Position numbers and translations under genes: made by a program. Below are positions 1-21,827 of a stretch of 64,000 nt of DNA, piece by piece. The DNA lies in assembly GCF_009914755.1 (NCBI RefSeq), contig NC_060928.1; one strand, 5' to 3'. Position 1 is the first letter of the stretch. Each line of letters opens with the position of its first letter. The notes under the pieces are model-generated. The model made no database searches and was not told the DNA's origin. It was given only the letters and a program-made list of their open reading frames with translations. Source of the DNA: the human T2T-CHM13v2.0 reference genome, Homo sapiens.

Positions 1-2123
<2,123 letters not shown>

Positions 2124-2269
2124 CTATTACATTGTTTTTCTACTATGTCATTCTGATTGAGCAAACAAATAATATAGATATAATAGCAAAAGATGCTATA
2201 AAATTTTCTATTTTTTAGAATGCTTTATAAAACTTACTATTTTTTACCTACTATCTAATTTTTTTTTAC

Positions 2270-3548
2270 CCCTTGAAACAAAACTTCTAAAAATATTGTC
2301 ACACACTTTCTTCATTTCTTCACCACCAGTCATTTCTTAAATCTACTCTAATTAGACTTTCATGGATACCACTTCAAACTTGAAATTTCAAGGTTGCAAG
2401 TGCATTCTATATTGCTAAATCCAATACAAAACTTTTAGCACTGAAAGGTTTGATGCTTACTGAAATTATCAGGAGCATCACTTCATTCTTCTGCATAAAC
2501 TCTCTTTATATGATTTCTGAAATACCATTCTATTTTGTTTTTTTCCTATTTCATGGATCATTTTCACCCAGCTTCTTCTGTAGGTCCTTTTCTAAATTTT
2601 CATGATTTAGACCTAAGTATTGGAAATGGCTAGAGCTTGAGAAGAGATCTTTTCTTATTTTATTTTACACTCGACATTTTGTGAATTTTTGGAGTCCCAT
2701 GGATATAAATATCATTAACATCCTGAGGATTTCAACCTTTATACCTTCAAACTGTACTCTTGCTTGAAACTCAGGCTTATGTGTCAAACTGCACACATGA
2801 CATTTCCATTTAGAAGCTATTTCAAACTTAATAAATAAATCCAAAACAGATGTTGTACTCTCTGTAAACTCTACTCATGCAGTCTGCCACTATGATTGAT
2901 AGAAACTGCATTAACTAGTTCCTGTGGAGACTAGTGGAGACTAAAAGATCAGTCTCCACATAGAAATCAAAAACAAAGGCGTATTATATCAACGGTCCTC
3001 ACAAAGCACCGTGATAGCCTCTTATCTCATTCAAAGCATGTTTTAAAATCTTTATAGTGGTCTACACAATTTGATGTGATCTTCTCTACACCATTGTATG
3101 ATCCTCTGACTTCATTTTAACCTTTATTCCTATTGCTTACTCTCTTCCAGTAAAAATTGGTATGGACCATACCAAGCACTTTCTTGTTCTGAGGCCTCTG
3201 CACTTGCTATTTTCTCTCTATAAGCCCCTTCTTACACCCCTGCAGATGCTTGCTCTCACACTTCTTTCTGTTATTTGCTCTAATATGACTGTCATAGAGG
3301 CTCAGCCTGATCATCCTCAATAAAATAATCCATTACACCTAAAATGATTTAGCTCTCATACCGGGCATCACGTAACTACAAAGCATATTTGCTTTATTTG
3401 TTTACTTTTTACCCCAGCTGAATATGAGGCCCAGGATGGCAATAACTTTATTTGTTCTTAGTATTGATATATTCTTGCACTAGAAATATCAACTAACACA
3501 CAACAGATGTTCAAGAAATATTGTTAAAATGATGGATGATTGGATGGG
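2270..3548 (+). mobile_element. Degenerate L2 LINE, 3' portion
   Basis: L2-like motifs (CTAAATCCAAT, GCACTTGCTATTT, GAATATGAGGCCCAGGATGGCA) ending in a GATGGATG-type tail; boundaries approximate. Confidence 0.6.
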
Positions 3549-4219
3549 CAAAGGGATAGATGAAGAAATAGGTGAATGGTATATTACGCTATCAGAGATA
3601 GAAACCCTAAAACCCACTCCACAGACAAAACACCAAGGAGGAAGTAAAACTTTTAGAAATACTTAGGGGAATTGAAATATAAGATATTATGCCAATTCCT
3701 AGATAAAGCTCCAAAAATAAGGCAAGCTTCCAGAAATAAATTGGTTTGCATTTATGAAGATAGATATTAACTTCACAGGATAACAAGTGCTGAAGCAGGA
3801 GAAAAATTATTTTAAGCATAAAAGTAGCATAGAAATAGCAAACAGAGCTGATGGACCTGAAGGTACATTAGAAGGAGGAGTGTTTATAAGGGAAATTCCA
3901 TTAAAAATTGCATGAATTAATTATGAAATTGAGAGAGTGGGGAAAAAAGGAGGTAATGAATTTCTCAGAGAATCATATCAGGTGTTGATAGTAATAAGTA
4001 CAGTTGAGACACTTTGGCTTCAATCTTTGACACAATAAAAACATATTTTCCAGGATATAAGACAAAATGGCAACAGCCTTTTCATTTTTAATATCTTCCT
4101 GTCAAATTGCAAAATGTTGATGAGAGGCCTGGCTAATGAGAATAATTTTAATTAGCTTGATGTAAGCCCCCAATCCTAATAGATTTTATGAAACTACAAG
4201 ATTAAAAATTTAACACTAC

Positions 4220-5837
4220 TTATGGCCATATGGAGTGGCCACTGCGAAGACACTGGCTACAGTAAGTGAGGTGTGGCCAGGGTTGTGTGCTTCTTGGGCC
4301 AGCAGGAGCCAGGAACAGGTGGGAGCCTTGGCTCCTATTGAGTTGGTGATGTGGGGGCCCCACATTCCTGTGTGCAGTTGCAGCTGGCCAGCTGCTGCTC
4401 CAAACACAGTCATCCTTGTGCTCTCAGGGGCCCAGGAAGGCCCCCTGCCACCATGGGCTTGAAAGTGCTTGCTTCTGCTTCTTCTTACTCCCAGCACCCA
4501 CTCTGATTTCAGAGCAAAGTTGTGTCCAAGTCCAGGCACTATTAAGACCCAGCCAGGTGTGTACATACTTGGGGTGGTGCTGACACAACAGCCCCTGCTG
4601 CTTTGGCCCCCTCTGGACCTCAGGTGCCAACCACAAGCATAGAAGGCAGACTGAGGAGGAGTTGAGAGTGCCTTGGCATGGGCTTGCAGGGACCCCTCGA
4701 CATGAATAGCCTGGATGTTGTGGATGACTTATTGATGGCCGCAGGAGAAAAACAGGATCCTGGGCAGAAAGAGTCAGGTCCACTGTGAAGCCCCACTTTC
4801 AAGCCAGGGGTGACCTAAAGCCTGGGATCGGGGCTGTCATTTCCAGGTGAAATCTGGCCCAGAGTGAGAACTTACATAGCTTCTTCCCAGACCACCTATG
4901 GCCACCAATGAACCAATCAGCATGCAGTTTCTCTCTTATAAGCCCATAAAGACCCCAGACTCAGTCAGCCTCTAACAGACATAAGGACTACCAGTTGCAT
5001 AAAGGAGCTATCCACTGCAGGTCTCCTCTAGGCTTAGAGTGGGATATGTGGACAACCTGCCTGTGGAAAGGAGCTACCCACTGCAATTCTCCTCTCCAGA
5101 CACTCGTCTGGCCACTCGTTGAGATGACCTGCCTGCAGAAAGGAGCAACCCACTATGGGTCTCCTGAGAGCTGTTCTGTCATTCAATGAAGCTCCTCTCC
5201 ACTTTACTCCCCCTCCAGTTGTTCACGTATCTCATTCTTCCTGGATATGGGACATGAACTCTGGACCTGCCAAATGGTGGGACTAAAAGAGTTGTAACCC
5301 AAATAGTGCTGAAACGTGTCCCTGTGCCTGCCATGTTGTGGGTGATGAGGAGAGAAGAGATGCAGCCCTTTTGGGAGCCCAGACCTAGGGGCTCCCTGAG
5401 CCAGGGTCGTGACACCTTCTTTGGAGCTCTGTAGTCCCTGGAATCTCCAAACTTCTGAACACAACCACATTCCCCTAATCCAGAGGTGGATGCCTGCAGC
5501 AGAAGCCATGTGCAGTACATCTGGTTCAACTGTAGCTTTGCATGGAGCCAGCATCTGTGTTGCCAACCCTAGCTGCCTGCCCTGCTGAACAGCCAGCATG
5601 CCTGGCTATGTGCAGTAGCCAATCCCTGTGCTTACTTGCTCACACTCTCCTTGCTGCCCCACACCTAGCTTGCCCTTGGCAAGTGTGGGATCTGAGCTGG
5701 TACTGCAAGCCAAGTGCAGCCTGCCAGGCCAAATGGGTAGAATGAGCCCAGCAGGAGCCAGCAATACTTAGGCAGAAGGTGCCACTGGCCACAGAGGTTT
5801 TCAGCTGGTGAAGTGACACCTCAAGGATCCCATGACA
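4220..5837 (+). mobile_element. MER52-family (ERV1) solo LTR, ~1.6 kb
   Basis: GC-rich island starting TTATGGC..GGAGTGGCCACTGCGAAGAC and ending GGATCCCATGACA; perfect 4-bp TSD CTAC at 4216-4219 and 5838-5841. Confidence 0.85.
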
Positions 5838-7397
5838 CTACTAAATTGATCACATAGCAACTAATATTTTTTCTCTTATATTCTAAACCTCCCTTCTGAC
5901 ATTTTGCTTAAGTTAATAACATTACTTTTAATATCATGGAAATATTTGGCATTTTTCTATTTGTCTCCTTTCTGAATCACAATGATTTCTGTAATGGATT
6001 TAAAATGAGTCATATTCATATGTGAATTAATTATTTTGAGAGAATATTTAAGAGAAATTATGTTAGAAATTAGTTACAGAATCCGCTATAGATTTGAATA
6101 GGGGATATTCTATTAGATTATCTCAAAGATTTTTTTTTTTTTAAAGAGTATGCAGGAGTTCAGAAGATAAATAACCAGAAATGAATGTGTCCTTACAAAT
6201 ATTTTCCTACCCAAAGGAAATTGGTAGGTAGTTTTATTTGGCAAGAAAGCAGTACTGTAATTTTCATCAGATGTTTTTTCAACATTGCTAAATATATGAG
6301 ATAATAACTACTCCCTCTGTTTTAGAAACAGTATTTTCTCAATTATACTAAAAACCAAGGTGTTATAATCATACTATATATTGGTTTTCAACCCAATAAC
6401 CATTCTTTAGTGATAATAACCCTGTCACCTTGAACTGAACAAGATTTTATCCAGAACTGTTTAATTTCATAACAGCAGAGATAGATGGAAAAATTTAATG
6501 AATGTTATCTGACTAAATAAATGAGCTTCTCATTTTCAGATCTATACAAAAATCCCAACTCATATCAGACAAAAATTAAAATTGTGTGTAGAGGGCAGAA
6601 GGACTTTTGATTCATTTTATGTTTATTGATTAATAGACTTCTCATTTTTGCCAGGAGATTGCTGCAAAATTGCAATCTATGTGAATAATTAATTGGATAG
6701 TCTTGTTTCCCTAACCGAAATGAACAAATGACACCTACATTTAGGTGGGATAAATAGGCTTCTTTTATCATCATGCTAACATTTTTCCACTATTTTTATT
6801 TCAATTAACATGCAAATGAAAGTAGCATCCCTAGTATTACAAAACAGATTTTGTAACAAAAGAGAGATGTTTTTAGCAACTTTCTGGTGTGCATGAGAAA
6901 CAATTAATTTTTACAGCTTAGAGAAAATAAAGGCAATATTATGTATTTCCTTGTTTAGTACAATGATCCACTAGCAGTTTAAATAAAGTTGGCTTATATT
7001 AGATTTATTTACAAGTGTTATAATAGAGAAATTGTTGTCTTTTATTGAGCAAACCAATATACAGCATTTTCATTTAAAATATTTTCCTAAAATATATTGA
7101 TGTTCTTTAGAATACACAAAATAAAATTACTGAGTTAATTTAAAAAGCATATTGTCTAAAAATACTGAGGAGGCTCTATAGAAAATTACTTATCTATTAC
7201 CTAGTCATTTCCAATAGCTAAGACATTTCCATTAAAACCTATTTTGAGCATGTGTATGTGTTTGTTTTATCAAAAGTGCCTTTTAGTTTCTTATACATAC
7301 ATAATATAATTTATTCTATATTATAATTTTTAGGTTTTTTTGGTTGCTTAGCTAGAAACAGTTGAAAACCATCTGTTAAAATCCAGGTGAGCATTTA

Positions 7398-9953
<2,556 letters not shown>

Positions 9954-10040
9954 AGGTGAGTATTTACAGGGAAATTTTAATTTTCTATTTTTGAATTAGT
10001 GACATTAAAATGTATTTATAATAAATATTTCTAGTAATTA

Positions 10041-10098
10041 ATTGCAACAGTTAAAACTAATATTGCAACAGTTAAATATTGCAACAGTTAAAACTAAA
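10041..10098. repeat. Short tandem triplication of ATTGCAACAGTTAAA
   Basis: Copies at 10041, 10062 and 10078. Confidence 0.85.
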
Positions 10099-10133
10099 AA
10101 TTGATGGTGCTTGACATTCTTAATGAATCAAAC

Positions 10134-10433
10134 GGCCTGGCACGGCGCCTCATACCTCTAATCTTAGCACTTTGGGAGGCCAAGGCGGGTGGATTGCCTG
10201 AGCTCAGGAGTTCAAGACCAGCCTGGGACACATGGTGAAACCTGGTGTCTACTAAAATACAAAAAATTAGCCTAGCATGGCAGCGTGCACCTGTGGTCGT
10301 AGGTACTAGGGAGGCTGAGGCAGGAGAATTGCTAGAAACCAGGAGGCGGAGGTTGCAGTGAGCTGAGATCGTGCCGCTGCACTCCAGCCTGGGTGGCAGA
10401 GCAAGACTCCATCTTTAAAAAAAAAAAAAAAAA
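10134..10433 (+). mobile_element. AluS element
   Basis: Full dimer with A-tail; degenerate TSD AA(T/C)GAATCAA(A/G)C at 10122-10133 and 10435-10446. Confidence 0.9.
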
Positions 10434-13400
10434 GAACGAATCAAGCATAAGTTTTCTATATTTAAAATTCTCAAAGTTACATGAAATTCATGCAGTGATA
10501 TGTGCAGAAATTATCATACACCTTTGGGCCATATTTAGAAAGATGAAGGTGTCAAAGGATGAACATGTATTTGTACCAGAACTAATTATAATAGAACCTT
10601 CTGATAAAGGATCAGAAGCAATTATGGCTATAAATACAGTATTAGATGTTCTATGATCAGAACTCTAGATTAATAATTGGGACATTGGGTCTCTGGATTT
10701 ACTTCACTTCTGATCCATATTACCAAATAATAGGCCTTATACAAATGCATTTCAAAAGCTTGCAGAAGTGAATGAATGAAAGCTTGCAGATTTATTTCCT
10801 CATACAATGATACAAAATACAATTCTGAAATCATTGTCTCTCATACTTATTTTCTTTTTTTAATTGTTGTAAGACAAAATGGAATATATATTGAATACAT
10901 CTGTAATTGTTGGAAATAAAATTATATTCACAAATAATTTGTATTATTTGTTAAGAACAAAAGCAAAAACAAAACTTATCTCTCATTAACACATTGAAGT
11001 TTAAATGTAGCGCCAATGTGCCATGAAAGTTGTCATCTATTCCTGGTAAACTGATGTAAAAATATAAAAAGAAATAATGAGAAAAAAATGGTGCCACATA
11101 TTGAATACTCTCTGAAGGAAATATTAAGACTGTAGGTAGGCACTCTTGGATTAATATTCTCAAACATTAATAAACAAAAAAGGATTAACCATTACTTAAT
11201 GAAGAAACATATTTAATTTCCCATTTAGACAAGCAAACACGAATAAAAATTCAGAAATAGAAATAAATTTTTAGGAGCTGAACTAACTTTTGGGATTGCC
11301 TTTAAACTGTAAAAAAATCTTAATTTATTTTGTTTGCTTCTTTTTTTCACTTTTGATTGATTTCCACGGATGATTTATATTCAGCAGGTTTATTATGGTA
11401 GAGAATAACAGACTTTATGGCTGTCAGGAAATGCTAGAAGTAAGATGGTTGGCAGTAGAATTAATTGTCGTGATCAAAACCAAACTAAACAAAAACAAAA
11501 ACTGTGAGATAAGGCCTCAGTCTAAAGTTAAAATAACTTAGGACAATACTGTATAGGGAAAAAGACAGCAAGAGCCAAAAAGACTGCCTGAACCATATAA
11601 AGAAGGCCAGGGTTCTGAACAATGCTGTAATTTAAAGAAAAACTAAAATGTAAAGCAGAAAAGTGAGACAAGCATCAGTGTACGTATCAGAACTAAATGG
11701 CAGGCCTCTAACTTTCCTGGGTCACCGCTGAGACATTCAATACCAGGTCTGCTACAGAGAGGCTAAAGCCATCTATAAACCAAAATCACACCACAAAACC
11801 GGAACTGAGTTCCTAACATGCTCCTTGCCTGATCAAAGTTGTTTAAGGAACTTGGAATGCGTGAACCAAGTTAAACTTTTCCTGTTTTCCTTAAATTGAA
11901 CAAATAACTCATAAAATAGTCTATTTGGTTTGGATTAAATCAGCATTCTGAGTTCCTCACCAGTCTCCGAGTGTGATCTGTTATGATTCTGAGTTTAGTT
12001 AACTTGTTTTTTCCTTCAGTCTTTTAAAAATATATTGAAATAGTTTTTGGTATAACTTTTCAAATAAATGATTTATAAATGATGGACCAACAGTACTTGC
12101 ATTACCAATAATATCTTCAATAACAGTACCAATACACCATTCTAAATGAGTAACTTTTTATCTAAAAAAGAAATATATATTAAGGTTTCTCTTAATTGTC
12201 ATATAATTACACAGTACTTGTGTTTTATTTTATCACATTGGCTTTCACATTTATGAAAACAGAAAATATTTCAAAGGCTCTGTTGATATACAACTTACTC
12301 CGCAAGAAAATGCAAACCTGTCTTTATGGGAGTTTTGCAACTTTTTTATTTTCTTTACCTATTGACCTACTGGAAAAGAGCTGTTACATTTTTGCATTAA
12401 TCTCTGTGTGATAGCACCAAGAGAAAACTGCTCCTGGGAGACCAAAACAGTTGCCAAGACAAACAAGTAAGCAGACTCTGTCGAAAGGGAGCACTAGACA
12501 CGCGCCATGCCTGAAGAGCAGCATGTCAGTCTGTACCTATACCTGTCCTGAGATTTTAAGTATAAGACCTTCCAATTAATTGTTCAATCAATTTCATTCA
12601 ATTGCAGAATGACAACAGCAGCCCTTAACTGTAAGCTGGAGAGCAAAAAAAAAAAAAAAAGAAAGAAAAATGAAGCTTATTTTCTTTGTCTTGATAACTC
12701 TGATCAAGATGATAATTTGTCCAGATGCATATCTCCTTATTTCTTTGAAATTTCTACAGAAGTGATCCTCAAAATAAACAAATACAAATAAGAAACTAAA
12801 CAAAATCAAGTAAAGAATCTTCATCATGACTAGAAACTAAGGGTTAGAATCATAGTCTTTTCAGAATCATTGATGACTGTTTTTTTTAGAGAGCCCACAG
12901 GTGGGACCAAACTAAAAGAGGTCTGTGTGAAATAGGGTGATGTACAAGGAATAAATATGAGAAGCATCCATTCTAATTCAATCAGTTCATAGGATAATCA
13001 GGTGCCAATTCTATGAACAGGTAGCAATTGGCTTCTATTAGTATTGATGAGAAGATCAAGTCTTAACATTTTATTGTCCCCAGCCTCTTCTGGCAAAGGC
13101 CAGAGATTACAGGTTTTTTTCTTATTGTGAAAATCATACCAAATTCAGAGAAGTAGCAGAACAATAAAACTGTACACTAACTACTTATAATAACACAAAC
13201 TTCTGATTCAACATAGACTATTTAGTCTCCTCATATTGTACATTTATGAGAATATATATTCAGGCCACTACCTCAATGTTGGCATACAATTTTGAGCGGA
13301 AATTAGCAAAATGTCAGCCAACATCATGCCAATATCTACCTGACTGTAAACCAACTCTGAGTAAAGACTAATCTTTCTGTTTAAGTGGCAGAAAAAAAAA

Positions 13401-13558
13401 TCAGTGGATATTTTTAAAGACTATGGTTCAAAATCACATATTGAATTGAGAAGACTGACCATTTGAAATAAAAAGAATAAAAGTAAAACATTTTTAAACT
13501 ACTAATTTCAGAAAATTCAAGGCAACTATAAGCAAAAAGAAGCTGTGTGCAAGATCTG

Positions 13559-13589
13559 CATACACACATACACACACACACACACACAC
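13559..13589. repeat. (CA)n microsatellite
   Basis: Direct reading of the sequence. Confidence 0.9.
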
Positions 13590-16500
13590 CCCTATTCAGA
13601 TCCTATTCAAAGTAACAATAATATTATTATCACATAGGAAAAATGTAAACAAAATATGTAAATGGCAGGAATATAATTACAAAACATTGTGAAAGTTAAG
13701 AAAAAGTTAACTCATTTCATGTAATGTAATGTTTCCTTCTTTTTGAAAGACACCAGTATTCTACATAACACTAAAATTATAGAGCCCCAGACTTAAAGAT
13801 GCTATTATATCATCAATTTTAAATGTATCTTGTATCAAAATGTTATTTGCAAAAGTATCTTAGAATCAGTGAAATACAGTAATTTTGTCAATATGCCAGT
13901 TTTTCTAGGATGGAGTGACATTCTCATAATTAGATCAACTACTTTAAATTTATGTCTAACAATAGACATATTATATATAATATAAACACATATGTATTTG
14001 TTGGCATATGAGTTCAATTAAAACTCTACATGTATTGACATTAGAAACATTCTTTTGAAAGAATAAATTATGAAATAAAATAAAATGAGTTTCTATTCTA
14101 TTTATGTAGAATAACAAAGCAGGTTTAACCTAGTAGATATTAAAATATATACAAGAACAATTATTATAGGAGGGGACTATTGGAATGATGGTATCCAATG
14201 AATAGTAAAATAGAGTAAAATCAATGGTCATGAAATAAAAATAGTGAGTATAAGAAATGAATACACAAGCAATTTACCAACTTTCAGTGAGGAGTAGAGG
14301 AATCATTCCAAAATATGCCAAAGGGGGCTTCACCTGAAATTTTAGAGCTATGATGGCCAGTGGCAATATGTCAGAGGCAAATTGACTTTTCTGAATATTT
14401 CATCCCACTTTATTTTTGAAAATTAGCTACAGTACCAAACACTTTTTAATCCTTTATTATAAAGTAGGGGCACTATAAAATAGTCTGATATTAATATGCA
14501 GGATAGAGAACTCAGAAATTCTTAAAATTACCAAAAACTCAAATGAACATGCTACTCTTTAATGGGAAAAAATCGCTTGAAAATGCATATAAATACATTC
14601 TAAAATGTTTTCAACTATAGCAAAAAGTTCAATACTTTGAAACAAAATGTATTTCATTACTGACATGTTACAATATGTGTATGGAAATTCCCTTTCATAT
14701 AACCAAACCTAGAAAGAGATTCAAAGTGTAAAAATTCAGATGCTGTAGGTCTTCTAAATATAAGAGATTTGGAACCATGCAGAATGTTTATAAGATCATC
14801 TCACTCCAAAAAGTAGACAATTAAATTAATTATAAATATTAAATAACCAACTTAAATAGCATAGGCTTTATAGATAATTTGAATTGCATCAGACAATGCA
14901 AACATAAATATTTAAAATATAGCATATTTGTTATATATCTCCTAAAATAATACAAAATAAACCTAGTAATCATATATGAGGTCTTTTACATGTGAATAAG
15001 TTGAATACTCTCCAAAGATCAACTTTATCTCAGATAAGTTTGCTTTTCTTATTTGGGGACCAATTTAAATTAGTGAGAACCGCTTAATAATATCAACTAC
15101 TAACAAAGTATTTACTATTCACCACACAAAAAATCTAAGAGATAAAGAAATATTCTGAGTGGATGTGTTGTAACAAATGCAGACTCTAATCTATGTTTTA
15201 AAATTATAGTCTATAATTTCTTTAAGTTATATCTTTTTTTCATATTTCTATCACAATTAGAGAAAGAGATAAAAATAAAATAAGGAGGAGGCTATTAGAA
15301 TTCAAACCCTCATTCAACTGAGTTGCCATTACAGGACATATTTTTTTTTCAGACTATGATAAAGAAATTGACACTCAAATAAGTTTATTACACAACTACA
15401 TACACACATGGATGCACACAAACCTGCATGCACATTCCCTCTGCTGTGATGATAAGCAAGTTAATCCATCTCACTAGGTGACTGACACCTGGCTCTACTC
15501 ACGTGCCACTCATGAATGAGATTAGAGTTTTAGTAAAATATTTTAAGGTAGATGAAAAATTCTCCATATGGGTTTATTTCCAAAAGTGAGATGTGCATAC
15601 TCAGAAGATCAGCGTTAAGTATGAAAAACTTTGTGAATTTGATTTTCAAATAGGAAGAATAATCAGTTCAAATTGTGTTCATTTATTAATCAGAAGTCAA
15701 TATTATTTGTTATTACAATGAAAAAATACTTCTAAGGATAGAAGTGTGTGAATATAATGAGGATTACTAAGAAATAGACACAAAAGTCAAATTACTTATA
15801 GAAATGTAGAGAAAGTAAGTGATTTTCAAAAAAATAAACATCGGACTGTGGCAAGAATTTGAAAAGAATTAAAAATACTAAAAAATCTCTTTTAAAAGAC
15901 ATGACTAGATGAAGCAAAAGTAATGGGTGTTAGAGTAGCCTACGTGTTATTTAAAATAACCAATGTGATGTCCATGAATCAGTTAGATTATTTCACATAG
16001 ATAATTCAGAAAATATTTAGAGAATAGATATAAAAATGTCTAAAGACATGGAAAATAAGTTCCACAAAAGCAGGCCCAATAGTTCTCACTTATTTAAACT
16101 ATCAGTTTATGCCAACTATTCTGGGATCACATAAAACTTAACAAAGACTAAGTTTACTCACAATTTATCTCATAGTTTTTGACCATATGATATTAATTTA
16201 TATTTTCATATCTCAGCATTAACGTAATCGTTGATCCCTAATCTTTCACTATTTTCATGATATTAAAATGTTTTACTTCAATTTAAACTATTGTATTTAT
16301 GATTAATAAATGTTTTTATGAATGGATTATTTTAAACATTTGGTAATAGGAGAATAAAAGTATAAATATTGATATTTATTGAATGTTTATAATTTTTTGT
16401 ATTAAAAAATACGAATAAGTGCTAATTATTGTAAAGGGAAACTATCAATTCAGAAGCTGTTAAGCCAGGTCCAGGATTGTCTATATTTTCTGAAATTATT

Positions 16501-16899
16501 TTTATCAAAGAAAATGGAAAAATGTCTACCAATTATAAATGAGAAAAGTGTAATCTCCAAACGTGCTAGAAACAAGTTGCTTTTATATAATGCCAATTAG
16601 TTATTTTTTCTAAAATAATTATTAGCCTAAAACATATATAACACACATACTATTCTTGAAATAGTTAATGTCACATATATATAATAGTCTATATATCACA
16701 GTCCATGCCTTATCCAGTTATGCCTAATTAACTTCCTAGATTAGTAAAGTATAATATATGACTACTCTAATTTTATTGAATATTTAGAAACATTAAGTAA
16801 TAAAAAGGAGAATACATAAATGCAGCATCTTTATTAGTTAAGGTAACACAACCTGTAACATTCCAGGACAAGTAGTAGAACAAAAATACATAATTTCTG

Positions 16900-19880
<2,981 letters not shown>

Positions 19881-19964
19881 AAATTTTAAAGTAAAAGTCA
19901 TACAATCTTACTGACTGAAAGAGAATAAATAAAATTATTTTATAAAGTACACCAAGTAAAGACT

Positions 19965-20170
19965 TTAAGAACTTGGAGTTAAATGTTCAGCAGTAGTAAT
20001 TATCTGCTCTGGACAAGTTACTTAATTTCTTCAAATCTCACTTTCTTAATTTGTAAATCAAGGATAATAACAGAATCTGCTAAATAAAGGCTGCAGATTA
20101 AAGCACAAATTTAGGTAAACTGTTGAGCATGATGCCTAGGCCATAGTATTTGCTCAATAAATACAAACTG
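19965..20170 (+). mobile_element. MIR SINE
   Basis: Core GGACAAGTTACTTAATTTC...TGTAAAT..GGATAATAA; 3' end TGCTCAATAAA. Confidence 0.75.
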
Positions 20171-21032
20171 TTAATCTCACTATTATCAATAGCATATTAT
20201 AAATTTAAATATAATTATAAATGATGGCATCTAGTAATAATATAATTTCAACACATCAGAAAAATAGCAAAATATTGCTTAGAAAAATTTTAATATGAGT
20301 ATAGAAAAAAATTAAAATATGGAGAGCAGACAAGAAATAAAGTCCCGCATTTTATAAATGTCCCTTTAAAAATAAAAGATAGAAATGCTCTTTTGCAGCC
20401 AATTCTCAATGTTGGTTACAGTTTAAACTCACTTTTACTTTAATCTCAGTGTTTCAACTTACTGTAATGAATTCTTGAACAGAAGAAAAGATTTAAGTTA
20501 TCTGTCCCAAAAACGTGGAAATAATATGGGGTAATGATAAATATGTGGTTACCTATCCTTCCAAAAATCATATTGGAAACATATGCCATTATAGATTATA
20601 TCTGTGTGCAATGCTTCACAAATTATCAACATCATGGAATATTTTTCTTAGCGTTAACGATTAACTGTTATCATATTTCCAGAGAGTAATTTGGTCTTAT
20701 ATGCCACATGTTACGTATAAAGTTGTTAGAAATTTGGTAGTGTTTCAAGAGTGTTATTACTTGAATCTAAAGATAATTTCTAAGTAAAGGGTTGGAATTA
20801 TCTGAGTGCCTAAGGAGTATTTTATTCCATCTTATGTTTTATAAGAAGGTTCTCTTAAAAATTCTTATTTTGCATAATTTTGTTCCAACTAATTTAAAAG
20901 AATTAGTTTCAGGCCTACAAGGCAAAACTGTCTGGAATTCAGCTGAACTTCCAGATGCTGTTTAAATAACATGAAAGTAATTATATAAATTTTAATTAAT
21001 AAGGCATCATGAACTTTTTCTATTTTTCTTAC

Positions 21033-21813
21033 TAAATAAGCAAATGTACATTGGAAGTATATGCCTTTTAGAAGGATAAAATAATTTTTGGTGTATTATT
21101 TGGTATTTTAAATATATGCCTGTGGGTAAATAGAATTAAAAGTCGATGGCCCTGAAGGAAAACTGAAGCTGATCTTTTCCAGATGTACCAAAGAGACACA
21201 TTTAGGAACCAGAAGTTGCATTTATATTGATATATTTTTCTAGGTTTGAGAAGTTCTCTGTTATTATCTCTTTGAATAAACTTTCTACCCCTATCTCTTT
21301 CTTTACCTCCTCTTTAAATATTTCAAATCTCTTTATAGATTTTAAAATGACTATTTAATGTAGTGATGTGAATGTTTAGCAATTAGGTGTTGTCTTATTT
21401 TTATTTTTAACCAAACTTAATTTAATATTTGAGGGACTATAGTAAATAATATTTTTTGACTAGAACAATAAATGGATTAATATATATTATTTTATTCCTT
21501 ATGTTAACTAACATTTTTACTAATATGTTTACTAATATTACTTATATGTATATATTAGTAATAATATATGTATATATTAGTAAACATAAGGAATAAAATA
21601 ATATGTATTAAATTAAGTTAGTTTAAAAATAAAAATAAGACAACAGCTAATTGTTAAACATTCACATCACTATATTAAATAGTCATTTTGAAATCTATAA
21701 ATAGATTCATTTTTTCTTACCCACAGGCATATATTTAAAATACCAAATAATTTACCAAAAATTATTTTATCCTTCTAAAAGGCATATACTTCCAATGTAC
21801 ATTTGCTTATTTA
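21033..21813. repeat. Interrupted long inverted repeat (arms 21033-21129/21717-21813, 21326-21427/21606-21707, 21484-21511/21577-21604)
   Basis: Manual reverse-complement alignment gives 95/97, 95/102 and 27/28 identities. Confidence 0.95.
21125..21317 (+). repeat. Dispersed direct copy of 24970-25150 plus 25460-25475 (donor site without its Alu)
   Basis: 109-bp exact match, 21172-21280 = 25021-25129; flanks align with about 10 substitutions and one 4-bp indel. Confidence 0.95.
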
Positions 21814-21827
21814 AGAAGAAATGAGAT

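Noticed and set aside
4216-5745. Cluster of 60-131 aa ORFs in a GC-rich island
   Set aside because: They are essentially all inside the MER52-type LTR; higher GC lowers stop-codon frequency and no protein family is recognisable.
21033-21813. Palindrome as a MITE or foldback DNA transposon
   Set aside because: No recognisable terminal-repeat motif or convincing TSD, and the arms are interrupted by locally templated pieces. A Dfam search would be needed to exclude it fully.
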